Below are positions 1 to 12,928 of a stretch of DNA of 64,000 nt, one piece after another. The notes under the pieces were generated by a model, which ran no database searches, was not told the origin of the DNA, and saw only the letters and a program-made list of their open reading frames with translations. Made by a program: the position numbers and the translations under genes. The DNA is from Macrostomum lignano (taxonomy: Eukaryota): NCBI GenBank assembly GCA_002269645.1, contig NIVC01000109.1, positions 545,670 through 609,669 of the forward strand. The letters run 5' to 3'. How positions within the stretch are numbered: position 1 is the first letter of the stretch; each line of letters begins with the position of its first letter.

Positions 1-1149
1 GCAGCCATTATACTGGTTGCCATAATAAATTGTTGCATCTTAAATCTCAAAATAATACCAGATCTCAAAATTTCATACAAACCCCAGATCTCAATACCAT
101 ATAAAAAAACTGAAACAGAGATAAAAACACTAAAGCCAAAAAATATTTCTGCACAAAAATATATTCAAAAAGGATGTCTCAATAAGTAAGGTGTATTTAT
201 GTACAGTAGTAAGTCACTGGCACACAAAGAATAAACACACTGATGTAGATATTGATACCTTTAGAGTTGCATATATGATATAATATATAGTTTGAAACTG
301 ACATTGTCAATAGCATTAATTGACAATATTATAATGCACCAGAATTAGAACACTCAGAAACAAGCTGCTGCCAATTGCCAGAATGCTGCTTCTTCAGGTC
401 AGGTGAGAAACCTTAGAAAAGAAATGAGTTAAATTACAGAATTTTATTAGTATCTGTGGATAACAGATAAATGTACATTTTGATGACAGAAAAAATCAGT
501 TTGTAACTAAAACTTACCACTGCTTTACAAAAGGTAGCATTCTGGATATTAAATTCAAATTCCAAGTAGCTTTGCATGCTTCTTCAAAGGCAAGACCAAG
601 GTGACACCCAAGTTTCAGGATAAGCCACGTGATGTTAGGCATGCATGAAACAAAAAAATAGTTGTTGCCAATTAAGATTGATAGATTATATTAGTAGACT
701 TTTAAGGATGAATACTTAATAAAGACTATTTCAAAAGTAATAAGGCCTAAGTCAATAAATAGAAATACCAATAAAATAATGAGTACGGAAATTATTATTA
801 TATATGTTTATACTATAGACTTAATTTTTTTATTTTAAAATTGGTTCTAGACCATATAGTTTTTAGGCAAAACAATGCAAGTTCCATTTATTTGCTAGTA
901 TGATAAAACATTCCGTCATTAGGCCTAAGTCTAAATAGGCATTATGCCCCATGGCTATTAAATTCTAGACTTGGCCTAGCCCTACATCTGATCAAATTTA
1001 CAATAATCATTATTTATTCATAATAACAACCTTAGCTGCTAGGCTAGTTATGCCAAAAGTAAGTTGCAAGTATAATTGCAAAGAATTTATTTATTAGATC
1101 TAATAACATTGTTTTAAAAAATGCAACAAATCTAAAAGATGCTAATAGG

Positions 1150-1367
1150 CAGGGTTTTTTTTGTGCGCAGAGTGTGCGTAGGCCCTATGCACCTTAAATT
1201 TTAAAATTGCACCCTGAAATTAAAAGGTGCGGTCTTGTCTATGTCTATACAATCCCAGTTGTCTGAAACAAGACTCAAGAGAAATTACACTCTGAGCCTT
1301 AAAATTGCACCTTGAAATTTGGCACAAGGTGCAATTTTGCACTTTGTCTCTGGCGAAAAAAACCCAG
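1150..1367. mobile_element. hAT-like MITE (~218 bp)
   Basis: Imperfect terminal inverted repeats cagggttttttttg / cgaaaaaaacccag, flanked by a near-identical 8-bp direct repeat ctaatagg (1142-1149) / ctaacagg (1368-1375). An 8-bp TSD and CAGGG-type ends are typical of hAT elements. Confidence 0.55.
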
Positions 1368-2209
1368 CTAACAGGCTTTCTTGCAGAAAATCATAATTTA
1401 ATAGATTTAACTGAATAGCTAGATTGACTACTCAATTCACAAAGTCAAGCTAGTCCTAACCTTAATTAAAATAGAAAGACATAACTTGATAGTTATGGCT
1501 TAAAATAGGCCTAATAAGCATACATATAAACAGATAGGTAGGACTAAGAGGAAATTATGAGCTTCTGTAGGCCTATTGAAGTTAAAAATGAGTATCTAAA
1601 CTATGGGCATGGCCATGGGATTCCTAGAAATTGGATAAATAATTTTATCATGGATTTTACCAGAAGTAGGCCTATCTATGAAAAAATACTGATTTATCTA
1701 ATTTATAATCCCATGGAGGCCATGGCCATATAAGTATTGCCTATAGGTTAGGCCTACTAAAATTTATAAGGTGCTTAAATAGCCATAAACAAGGCAATTT
1801 ATCTTTCAAGGCCTTGAACCAAGACATTGACGTATAAAAATAAAATAAATTCAATTTTAAAAAGCACGAAACATTTTTCACTGTCCACTTCTATTTTGTC
1901 TATTTTAACAAACAGCGTCTAATTTTTCGATTTTAATTTAGCTTAAAGTTATTAAGTTTTACTTAAAAGCACATAAATATAATAATTAATAAAATTAATT
2001 TTATAAAAACATCTGAATGTAGTATATCTTAGTTTTTTTATCGAAGTGGATTCCATGTTGAATCAATATACGCGTATTTCTAATGAATTCCTTGTAAAAT
2101 CCACATCTACATTAGGATAGTAAAAATAGAAAATTAATGCATAAAAAATACTTTGCATACCATTATGTAATATTTAATTCATTAATTTGCAAAAATAAAA
2201 GAAACATTT

Positions 2210-2266
2210 AAATTCCACATGGCCACGTGGAACCCACGTGGAATCCATAAATCATTTTTCACTGGG
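2210..2266. mobile_element. Probable terminus of a DNA transposon (ends ...tttttcactggg, with subterminal ccacgtgg repeats)
   Basis: Repeated CCACGTGG palindromes followed by tttttcactggg at a sharp AT-rich to GC-rich boundary that truncates the Gypsy remnant. No partner end was found in the window. Confidence 0.3.
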
Positions 2267-2483
2267 CGATGGCATCGGAGCCAGGATACGGTGGTTTGGA
2301 TCGCCCTGTCGCCTGCAGAGGTCACCTTGATCGTGTTGAGACTGATGCTGTCGGCGCTGCTGTCAGCCGCTATGGCGATATAGGCCGTGTCAAGATCCTC
2401 GCCCCTCTTCGGCGATTTTTGGACATAGCTGGCAGCTCAGGACATCAGCTGCCGGGTTGTCGCCCCCGGCTATGGTAGGTAGG
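2267..2483 (-). pseudogene. Ty3/Gypsy pol remnant, end of RNase H plus linker
   Basis: Minus-strand frames read IAGGDNPAADVLS (cf. Gypsy YxPGKxNxxADALSR), then after a frameshift EDLDTAYIAIAADSSADSISLNTIKVTSAGDRAIQTTVSWLR (cf. the post-RNase H motif IxxATxxDxxLQxVxxWL). Confidence 0.6.
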
Positions 2484-4274
2484 TGACTTCGGAGGTCCTG
2501 CAGGCGAAGTGCCATGCGCTGGATCCGCGGCCCTGAAGCTGCGGCTGGTGTACATGTAGGCTGCGCACCTTCTTTGCCGCCATTGTCAACGCGCCGCCGC
2601 CGTTGACAATGGCGTTGACAGATGCTGCTGCCCCCCGAGGTTGGCGCTGCCGTGGCAGGAGGACTTCGACACCCGTCCTGTGACCAGCACCGACGTCGTA
2701 GAATTCGCCCGCAGGGCTCCGGGAGGCCGCGCCCCCGGCCCGGACGAGGTCCCCGTCGAGGCGCTGCGAGTCACAAGGGTTGCCACTGAGGTGGCCCGCG
2801 TGATGAACGGCGTCCTGGCGGGAGGCCCCGCGCCCCGCGAGTGGACCCAGGCCAACATCGTCGGCATCCCGAAGAAGCCGGGCACTACACTGAAGCAGGA
2901 GCATCGTGGAATCTCGCTCATGTCCTGTACCGCGAAGCTGTTCAACCGGGTGCTATTAGCACGGTTACAGCCCGTGCCTGGACTTGTTCCTGCGGTACGA
3001 GCAGAACGGGTTCCGCCCCCGTCGCGGTACGGTGACACAGATCCTGGCCCTCCGCCGCATCATCGAGGAGGCGCGCATCCACCAGTCAAGCCTTATCGTC
3101 ATCTTTGTTGACTTCCTCGATCAAGGCCTTCGACTCGGTGGCGCGCGGCGCGCTGCCTCACGTGCTCCGTGCCTACAACGTACCGCAGCAGCTGATCTCC
3201 GCCATCATGGCGCTGTATCAGGACACCACCGCCGCGGTAGCGACGCCAGACGGACCGTCGGACCTGTTTAGCACGACCTCCGGAGTGCTAAAGGGTGACA
3301 CTCTGGCGCCCTTTCTCGATCGTGCTGGTGATGGACTGGGTGCTCAGGACCGGCCTGCCGACAACAGAGGACGACTTTCTGCTGCAAAGGCGCACCAGTA
3401 GACGGCACCCGAAGAAGAAACTGTCTGTCCTTGGCTACGCGGACGACCTCGCCCTGCTGTCTTCGACGGCCGAAGGCGCCCAACGGCTGCTGGACGGCCT
3501 GACTGCGGCGGCGGCGAGGGTCAGTCTCGTCATCAACGCCAGGAAGACCGAGGTGCTGACGGTGCCGCATGATCTACCCGCCGAGATTCGACTTCGAGAC
3601 GGTGACGGCCCCGGGACGGCGCTCCCGAAGTGCCTTCAGTTCGTCTACCTCGGCGTACTGGTGCCTGACGTCGGCGACGACCTAGCGAGACGGCGCGGCA
3701 AGGCCTGGGCTGCCTTCCGATCTGTGCGGGCGGTGCGGCTCTCCGAGGCCCTGTCCGACGGCGCCAGGTCCCAGCTGTTCCAGGCGGTTGTTGAGACCGC
3801 CCTGCTGTACAATGCTGAGACCTGGACGCTGACCGGGGCGCTTGAGGCGCAGCTCGACGCGGCACATGCGGCCCTAGTCCGCGCCGCTTTCGGCGCCCGC
3901 CGCGGCCCTGGTAGCGAGACAACCGAGTCCCTGTACAAGCGTACAGGCCTGACGCGGCCTTCTGCCCTGCTGAGTCAGCGGCGCCTGCGGCTTGCCGGAC
4001 ATGTCATCCGGGGCGAAGCCAACTGCCCAGAGCCGCTGCAGGACGTCCTGCTGTGGACCCCGCAAGGACCGCGCAGGCGTAGCCAGGGACGATCAGCCCG
4101 CTACGTCGACCGCCTTTTTGAAGATGCGCGAGCACCCAGCCAGTCGGCCGGTGTGAAGCACGTAGAGACCTAGCTCTGAAACGCGCGATTTGACGCTCCC
4201 CCGTCTTGGCCACTCCCGTGGCTGGCGTGGGGCGTAACTATTATTTTTATTATTATCTTTATTTTTATTTTTAC
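2484..4274 (+). mobile_element. 5'-truncated RTE-type non-LTR retrotransposon (LINE) with a frameshifted reverse transcriptase
   Basis: RT motifs are spread over ORFs 2641-3111, 2984-3271, 3105-3401 and 3295-4173: APGPDEVP, HRGISLMS, QNGFR, FVDF..KAFDSV, GVLKGDTLAP, LGYADDLAL, INARKTEVL, FVYLG, LLYNAETW, RRLRLAGHV. An (TTAT/TTTTA)n tail lies at ~4238-4274. Candidate TSD aggtagg at 2477-2483 and 4275-4281. Confidence 0.9.
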
Positions 4275-4281
4275 AGGTAGG

Positions 4282-4830
4282 CGATTGGCCTGGTGAGGCC
4301 GCGTTAGGTAGCACCTGGGCGATCGTATCGCGCCGAAGGTCAGGCTGGTGGCGACAATCTGCCTGGTCTCGTATAGTTAAAGAAGGTGAGCGTGGAGCTA
4401 GCTGCATGTGTGCGATCGACTGCTTGATGGACTGGAAGACTTGATGTGAGCCCCACGACCATTCTCACATTCTTCTTGGTCAGCTCTCGAAGTGGCCTCG
4501 GGATGAGGGATGAAGGTTTGCGATGGAGCGGGCTACGAATGTAACGAGTCCGAGAAAGGACGTCCCGCTCCTCCGTTTATATCTTCTATATAGTCGCTTG
4601 AAGTTGCATGGCCACAGCCTCCATGTTTTTACTCGGTCGCGGTTGGATTCCGGCCTCGTGGCCAGGAATTCGGCCTGCTGCTGGCGCACTGTCGAGGCAG
4701 CTGCGCAGCCTCTCGTTGTGCTCTTTTATGGTGCTGGCAAAGTGATGATGTCGTCGTCATAGACACACTATGCCTCTCAAATTACTCAGGATGGATGTCA
4801 TGACGTCCTATAGGAGTTCAAACTGTGTCC
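4282..4830 (-). pseudogene. Ty3/Gypsy pol remnant, RT C-terminus to start of RNase H
   Basis: Frameshifted minus-strand translation: DVMTSILSNLRGIV-YDDDII-STIKEHNERL-GHEAGIQP-SFLGLVTFVARSIANL-PLRELTKKNV-TFFNYTRP-RPIAY. This is collinear with the Gypsy RT (YxDD), connection and RNase H regions. Confidence 0.75.
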
Positions 4831-5388
4831 CTAACTTCCTCTCTGCCTGTGCACGTATACCTACATGTACATCAATCGTATATTTTCTACCCGTTAGAAA
4901 CCCACCTGTAGTCCCCTGTAGACCTCCGAATGTCTCTATTGTCTTTTTTTCTCTATCAAGTTTGCATTCGTTACGCTCTGAGTAAGGTGTGCTAGACACG
5001 CCGGGGGTGCCGCTGTACATATCGCTGTACTTTGGCGGGGGGTTGAGGTGTGGGGGTGTTGCCCGCGCCGGACGGCTTAAAGCCTCTGCACCCGGCCCGG
5101 CTTGTTTCCGCCGCCATTTCTCAATTTTTTATTTTTTTTTACTAACCAATAAATATTAACTCGTTTAAACTAATAAATAAACGCTTCCGTTGGAATCCGC
5201 TTTCTCGGCCGCTGCCTGCTTTTCGCAGCTGATTTGTCTCGTTTGGCTCCTTCCGGCGTGTTTAAAAAACGATTTTTTCGCTTCCTTTAGATGTACATAC
5301 AGATAACAGAGTACATGTAATCACGATTGTTTTATAGAATTATTGTAACATATGTACGATCGCACATGTCTGTACATGTATGTACATG

Positions 5389-5589
5389 CAGTGGCGGATC
5401 TAGAATTTCATTTGGGGGGCGGTCCAAGTTTGGGGCGCCAACATGAGTATGAGGAGCGCTAATTTTTAAGCTAGGGGGCGCAAAAATCAAGTTTAAAGGG
5501 CGCAATCTTAGGTTTTTTGGGAGGGGGGCGCAATATGATGTCAAGCTATTTCGGGGGGGGGGGGCGGCCGCCTTCTAAATCCGCCCCTA
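5389..5589. mobile_element. MITE with ~16-bp TIRs (hAT/Harbinger-like)
   Basis: cagtggcggatctagaa at 5389 versus ttctaaatccgccccta ending at 5589 (reverse complement aggggcggatttagaa). No clear TSD. Confidence 0.55.
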
Positions 5590-6721
5590 CTTCTAGTGGT
5601 CCTTAGATCCATTGTTCCCCACCGATCATTCTCGCCCAATAATTACCTTGCATCAGCATTGAATCACAATTTTACGAGAAAGTCAATAGCGTGCGCTCGT
5701 CGGTGTTCACAAGCAGAAAGAATCATGCCTCTGTATCTATTGGTTTCGGGGCTATTAAAGGTCGAAATTTCCGCCAATTCCTACTGCATGCCAGTCGGTG
5801 TCAGCCGCAGAAAAAAAAATCATGTCGAAGGCACTGATGCTCGACCATGCAGCAGCATCAACCATTTGCCTGCTGGATTGATCTTTGGGTGTCTGGATCA
5901 GTAGCGCATGAAAATTGGACAAACTTAAAGCATGGATCGAATTCACCTACGAGGAAACGCTTGAGATGATCGAAGCTCAATCCGACACTTATATCTCCGA
6001 CACTTCACTAGCCGCCATAGCAAATAAAAGCAAACCGTCAATCATACAAATGATCTACACAAGTTTTAAACCTTGTTACATGTAGTAGAAAAACTGAAAA
6101 TAAACTTAGCGAACTTTGACACGAGATTTATATTTATTGTAATAACTTGGAAATTTCATCGACAAATACAGACTGGTTGAACAGTAAAATATTAGGGGCA
6201 AAATGCATGATATTTAAAGCGAAAATAAACGCCAACAAAATAATACGAGGATCCTGTTGCTAAAGTTCCCGGGCCGCGTTGGCTCTACACGTAGTTGAGT
6301 TTCATTTTCCTTATGATATTCAACCAGCAAGTTGCGTATGGCAAATGTCGTATCGCTTTGCATTCGCCCAGTCGTTCACACAGTCAACACAAGTCCGGAA
6401 ACTTTTGCAACAACTCTTCGTAAACTAACAAAAATGATGAAAAACACGAAAAACAAACAAACAAAACGAAGCTACCAAATGCAAAGGCAAACTGTGTGCA
6501 ATAAAAAAACTGGAAAAGCAAAAGCGGAGCGACAATACATATTGAAATAGGAGCCCGTTTGAGGCTACTTGAAGTAGGAAAGAACAATTTCTCCACAGAT
6601 TATTTCTCGAAAATGCAGTTTTGCTTCCGAAAAGAAATATTACAGACACAGAAAGTCAAGCAGCTTCGATTGTTGACTATTTGGGTTCTTTACTTTTAAG
6701 AAGCAGCAACAAATCTATGGA

Positions 6722-9700
6722 TCAGTGCTGCAAGCGACGAGACCGGCGAGGCTGTTTCGCCTGCGGCGGTTCCTCGTCGGGCGACAGATCGATAATGGAT
6801 CGATAGCGCAGCGGCCGCAGCCGGATGTTGCTTCTTCGATGCTGCTGCGTGACCTCTTTCTCTTCTTCATCTTCTTTTTCCGCCGTTTCTTGCGACAGAT
6901 TTTTGCACTTCTGCTGAGCAGATTTCCTATTCGCGGGCCTTTGATCTCGCCGACACCAGGCGCAGTTCGGCCCGGACTCCGAGTCGGCGCTGAACGACGG
7001 CTGCCGGTGCCGCCTCAGAGCCGTCGGGTGCGGCCCGGGCGACGGCCGCTCCCGCCAGGCCACGTGAGGCAGGTGGCGCTCGATGCGCGCCATAATTGGC
7101 GCCAACTGACTGCGCGTGACCAGCGTGCGGTAGCGCATGCGGCGCCACAACCTGACCGGATTTTATGTGTGGCTTGTTGAGACTGCTGCAGTTCTTTCTT
7201 TAACAGTAATTTCCACCTAGATTGGGGATTCATAACAAAAATTGCAGGAGAGACCGGAGGGTCCACATCTACTCCTAAATCCGCATTCTACTCCCCACTT
7301 TACCAAATCTACAGAAATCTACTCCCAATCTACAGAAATCTACTGCCCAATCTACAGAAATCTACTCCCCAATCTACAGAAGTCTACTCCCCAATCTACA
7401 GAAATCTACTCCCCACTTTACCAAATATACAGAAATCTACTCCCAAATCTACAGAAATCTACTGCCCAATCTACAGAAATCTACTGCCCAATCTACAGAA
7501 ATCTACTGCCCAATCTACAGAAATCTACTCCCCAATCTACTGAAATCTACTCCCCAATCTACAGAAATCTACTCCCCAATCTACAGAAGTCTACTCCCCA
7601 ATCTACAGAGATCTACTCCCCACTTTACCAAATCTACAGAAATCTACTCCCAATCTACAGAAATCTACTGCCCAATCTACAGAAATCTACTCCCCAATCT
7701 ACAGAAGTCTACTCCCCAATCTACAGAAATCTACTCCCCACTTTACCAAATATACAGAAATCTACTCCCAAATCTACAGAAATCTACTGCCCAATCTACA
7801 GAAATCTACTGCCCAATCTACAGAAATCTACTGCCCAATCTACAGAAATCTACTGCCCAATCTACAGAAATCTACTCCCCAATCTACTGAAATCTACTCC
7901 CCAATCTACAGAAATCTACTCCCCAATCTACAGAAGTCTACTCCCCAATCTACAGAAATCTACTCCCCACTTTACCAAATCTACAGAAATCTACTGCCCA
8001 ATCTACAGAAATCTACTGCCCAATCTACAGAAATCTACTGCCCAATCTACAGAAATCTACTCCCCAATCTACTGAAATCTACTCCCCAATCTACAGAAAT
8101 CTACTCCCCAATCTACAGAAACCTACTCCCCAATCTACAGAAATCTACTCCCCAATCTACAGAAATCTACTCCCCAATCTACAGAAATCTGCTCCCCAAT
8201 CTACAGAAATCTACTCCCAAATCTACTGAAATCTACTCCCCAATCTACAGAAATCTACTCCCCAATCTACAGAAATCTACTCCCAAATCTACTGAAATCT
8301 ACTCCCCAATCTACAGAAATCTACTCCCCAATCTACAGAAATCTACTCCCCAATCTACAGAAATCTACTCCCCAATCTACAGAAATCTACTCCCCAATCT
8401 ACAGAAATCTACTCCCAAATCTACAGAAATCTACGATCCCCAATCTACAGAAATCTACTGCCCAATCTACAGAAATATACTGCCCAATCTACAGAAATCT
8501 ACTCCCCAATCTACTGAAATCTACTCCCTAATCTACATAAATCTACTCCCCAATCTACTGAAATCTACTCCCCAATCTACAGAAATATACTCCCCAATCT
8601 ACAGAAATATACTCCCCAATCTACAGAAATCTACTCCCCAATCTACGGAAATCTACTCCCAAATCTACAGAAATCTACTCCCCAATCTACAGAAATATAC
8701 TCCCCAATCTACAGAAATCTACTCCCCAATCTATAGAAATCTACTCCCCAATCTACAGAAATCTACTCCCAAATCTACAGAAATCTACTCCCTAATCTAC
8801 ATAAATCTACTCCCAAATCTACAGAAATCTACTCCCTAATCTACATAAATCTACTCCCAAATCTACAGAAATCTACTCCCTAATCTACATAAATCTACTC
8901 CCAAATCTACAGAAATCTACTGCCCAATCTATAGAAATCTACTCCCCAATCTACAGAAATCTACTCCCAAATCTACAGAAATCTACTCCCTAATCTACAT
9001 AAATCTACTCCCAAATCTACAGAAATCTACTGCCCAATCTATAGAAATCTACTCCCCAATCTACAGAAATCTACTCCCAAATCTACAGAAATCTACTACC
9101 CAATCTACAGAAATCTACTACCCAATCTACAGAAATCTACTCCCAATCTACAGAAATCTACTCCCAATCTACAGAAATCTGCTGCCCAATCTACAGAAAT
9201 CTGCTCCGCAATCTACAAAACGAATTTCCCCAAAAGCCCTTTAACAACAAGCAATCCCGTGCGGCACAACGCCTCACTCAGTCCTGGCCTTGCCAGCGTG
9301 CTTCAACAGCCGGGTCCAGCGGCGGCCGAGCCAGGCGGGCAGGAGCGCCAGCCGCAGGTTGTCATATTCCTCCTCGGTCTCGTGAGCCAGCCACAGACAG
9401 GCAAAGAAATTGTTGCGATTGTACTCGCCGAGTTTGAGTCGGCAGCGGATGAAGTACACGAAAGCGATGGCCAGCAGAGTCCGGTCGGCCAGCCTCAGGC
9501 AGGAGTCGTCCAGTAGGAACTGCCGGATCACGCAGTCCTTGGCCAGCAGGTTGCCATAGTGACGCAGGCGGCGGGTCAAGTCGCCGGCCGACACCTTCGA
9601 CTCGCTGCCGGCGCCGCCGTCGTCATCCTCATCGTCGAAGTCCCGGTCGGTGCTGTCGATTCTGCAGGCTACCGGCTTGATCAAGCTGGCACTCGATGCC

Positions 9701-9882
9701 GTGCTGCAGCTGGCCGGCGGCTTCTTCGGCACCGTGGATGCCTCTGTGGCAGTCGTGGTCGATGTCGGAATCTCCGCAGAGGTGCTGCCGTTCTCGCCTC
9801 GCTGCTGCTGCTCCTCCTCCTCGTCATTGCCGAAGAATTCTCGGACAAAGGAGAGGGCGCGACTGCGAGCGTTGGCCAGCAT
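6722..9882 (-). CDS. SPDY (Speedy/RINGO-like): Speedy/RINGO family CDK activator, 2 coding exons (9882-9278, 7151-6722), ~344 aa
   Basis: Exon 1 encodes FLLDDSCLRLADRTLLAIAFVYFIRCRLKLGEYNRNNFFACLWLAHETEEE (Speedy box; cf. DKYLLAM..YF.R...FFLALYLANDMEED). The splice GA|gtgagg (9277) to cag|G (7152) gives ARTELWRRMRYRTLVTRSQLAPIMARIERHLPHVAWRER (cf. LW..IDYRAIVSRRCCEEVMA....H..WQRER). Spliced length of 1035 nt is in frame. The start codon is uncertain. Confidence 0.88.
7270..9215. repeat. Intronic minisatellite, 22-bp unit aatctacagaaatctactcccc (two related 11-bp halves), ~1.9 kb
   Basis: Visible tandem array filling the Speedy intron. It explains the spurious periodic ORF 7242-8075. Confidence 0.97.
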
Positions 9883-9969
9883 GCCAAGTAGAGAGCTGGA
9901 CAGCGGCCACTGAAGGTTCGGGGCAAGGGGGTGTTTGATTGAGGGGCATCTAAAGAACAAGTCTAGACT

Positions 9970-9989
9970 TGAGACAGACAGACAGAAAG

Positions 9990-10058
<69 letters not shown>

Positions 10059-10085
10059 GAAGACAGACAGACAGACAGACAGAGA

Positions 10086-10152
<67 letters not shown>

Positions 10153-10204
10153 GAAGACAGACAGACAGACAGAGAAGACAGACAGAGAAGACAGACAGAC
10201 AGAC

Positions 10205-10241
<37 letters not shown>

Positions 10242-10250
10242 CTAAGACAT

Positions 10251-10315
<65 letters not shown>

Positions 10316-10372
10316 GAAGACAGACAGACAGACAGAGAAGACAGACAGACAGACAGAGAAGACAGACAGAGA

Positions 10373-10405
<33 letters not shown>

Positions 10406-10408
10406 CTA

Positions 10409-10455
<47 letters not shown>

Positions 10456-10466
10456 CACTAAGACAT

Positions 10467-10527
<61 letters not shown>

Positions 10528-10575
10528 GAAGACAGACAGACAGACAAACAGAGAAGACAGACAGACAGACAGAGA

Positions 10576-10616
<41 letters not shown>

Positions 10617-10745
10617 CTAAAACAGACAGACAGACAGACATACAGACAGACAAACAGACACAAAGACAGACATTAAAACAGATAGATAGATAGACAGACA
10701 GACAGACAAACGGACACAGACAGATAGCGGACAGACAGACAGACA
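9970..10745. repeat. (GACA)n microsatellite with interruptions
   Basis: Direct reading. It is the source of the low-complexity VCLS/TDRQ ORFs. Confidence 0.98.
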
Positions 10746-11134
10746 CATAAATAGGCAGACAACACAATCACTAAAAGACATACTCGGTAACCAATGACTT
10801 CTAAAGGAATACTCACAGGAATACAAAAAACTAAAAAAGTAAATTTTGATAAAAATAAATTTAAAGAATCGCTATCTCAGTCTACAAACACTCCGCATCA
10901 GCACCCGATAACTACTGAAACCATATGTGAATCTTATATTTGATACAGCGGTACGTGTAACACAGTTGGCATTCAAATTAAGACGAGCCAATCAACAATT
11001 CCTTGGATGTAGCTCGTAAATAGAAACAATCGGTCGCGAATAAAAATGTTTTTTTTACAAATAATTTGTTGCAGTCTGAGAAATGCAATCAAAACATAAA
11101 CAGTTATTACTGGCACTCATGGGGGATAGGTAGT

Positions 11135-11335
11135 GAAATGACCTTGGGATTGATTAAGATGGCGATATGACCTTGGGATTTTATTGAGATGTCGATATGA
11201 CCTTGGGATTTTATTGAGATGTCGATATGACCTTGGGATTTATTGAGATGCCGATTTGACCTTGGGAGATTTATTGAGATGCCGATTTGACCTTGGGATT
11301 TATTAAGATGCCGATATGACCTTGGGATTTGGGAT
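11135..11335. repeat. Minisatellite, ~30-bp unit gaccttgggattttattgagatgtcgatat
   Basis: About 7 tandem copies visible. Confidence 0.9.
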
Positions 11336-11714
11336 ATCGTTCGGTAGCTAAAAATCACCCCAATGCTTGTACCTACAAAAGAACTGCTTTGAACTTTGGC
11401 ATAAAATTCTGAATAAACAGAATACTATATCTACATAAAAAATTTCTACGCTAATATTCTACAAAACTGAAGGAGAAAAGTAAACCAATATGTATATAAG
11501 ACATTCTACGTGAATAAAATATGACATGCATAGTAACTACAACATAAATTACTGATTAAGCACAACGGGCGCTTAAGCGTCAAATTGTTGCGCTTGACGC
11601 AACATACAGAGTTGCACTTTATACGCTTCATTTTTAAAATGGACTTTTAAAAAGTACAAACAGTCACGAAAAGGATGTCGCAGCTAAATTTTTCGATTTC
11701 GAATCATGTAACTC

Positions 11715-12262
11715 GAGGTCTCGTATTCGAATCCTCAAATTTGAGGTCCCGTATTCGAATCTTCAAATTCGAGGTCCCGTATTCGAATCTTCAAATTCGA
11801 GGTCCCGTATTCGAATCCTCAAATTCGAGGTCCCGTATTCGAATCCTCAAATTCGAGGTCCCGTATTCGAATCCTCAAATTCGAGGTCCCGTATTCGAAT
11901 CTTCAAATTCGAGGTCCCGTATTCGAATCCTCAAATTCGAGGTCCCGTATTCGAATCCTCAAATTTGAGGTCCCGTATTCGAATCCTCAAATTCGAGGTC
12001 CCGTATTCGAATCCTCAAATTCGAGGTCCCGTATTCGAATCCTCAAATTTGAGGTCCCGTATTCGAATCCTCAAATTCGAGGTCCCGTATTCGAATCCTC
12101 AAATTCGAGGTCCCGTATTCGAATCTTCAAATTCGAGGTCCCGTATTCGAATCCTCAAATTTGAGGTCCCGTATTCGAATCCTCAAATTCGAGGTCCCGT
12201 ATTCGAATCCTCAAATTCGAGATCCCGTATTCGAATCCTCAAATTCGAGGTCCCGTATTCCT
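11715..12262. repeat. Minisatellite, 28-bp unit attcgaatcctcaaattcgaggtcccgt
   Basis: About 19 near-identical copies. The 28-aa periodicity of ORFs 11675-11968 and 11965-12273 equals 3 units. Confidence 0.97.
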
Positions 12263-12389
12263 TAAATCCTTAATTAATTAAATCCTTAAATTCGAAAGAA
12301 CTATTTTAGAGACTTAAATTTGAGATCACAATTTGAATTCTCAGCTTAATTAAAAATTCTAATAAATCTCGAAATACCGCCAAAAGTCA

Positions 12390-12771
12390 TCAAGGCAGGT
12401 ACAGCGGCACGGGCCGTCCCAGCTTCGGTTTGGAGCAGAACGGGCACTTGGAGACGCTGGCGGCGCACTGCTTGCACAAGGCGTGCCCGCAGTCCACCAG
12501 CACAACCTGGAGCGGCCGGTCAAAGCAGATGCCGCATTTCTGTTCGGACTGTGCCTGCTGAGAATTGTTCGATGATGACGTGGAGGGAGGCTGCGGCGGT
12601 CGGGGCGGTGGTGGCGGCGGTGGCGGGCCGTTTCTTCGCTGCATGAAGAGCTTGTAGGCGCGCTTCGCAGCCAGAGCCAGCAGCAGCAGCGTGGTGAGCC
12701 GGCAGGCACCTCTGAAGAAGCTGCGGGTGGTATGGGGTGTTGGGACGGCTAAGATTGGGACATAGATAGTC

Positions 12772-12824
<53 letters not shown>

Positions 12825-12827
12825 CTA

Positions 12828-12884
<57 letters not shown>

Positions 12885-12887
12885 CTA

Positions 12888-12928
<41 letters not shown>

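Noticed and set aside
9274-10767. 497-aa ORF and the overlapping VCLS/TDRQ ORFs as real proteins
   Set aside because: The N-terminal part is a translated (TGTC)n microsatellite. Only the part from ~9882 downward is the Speedy exon.
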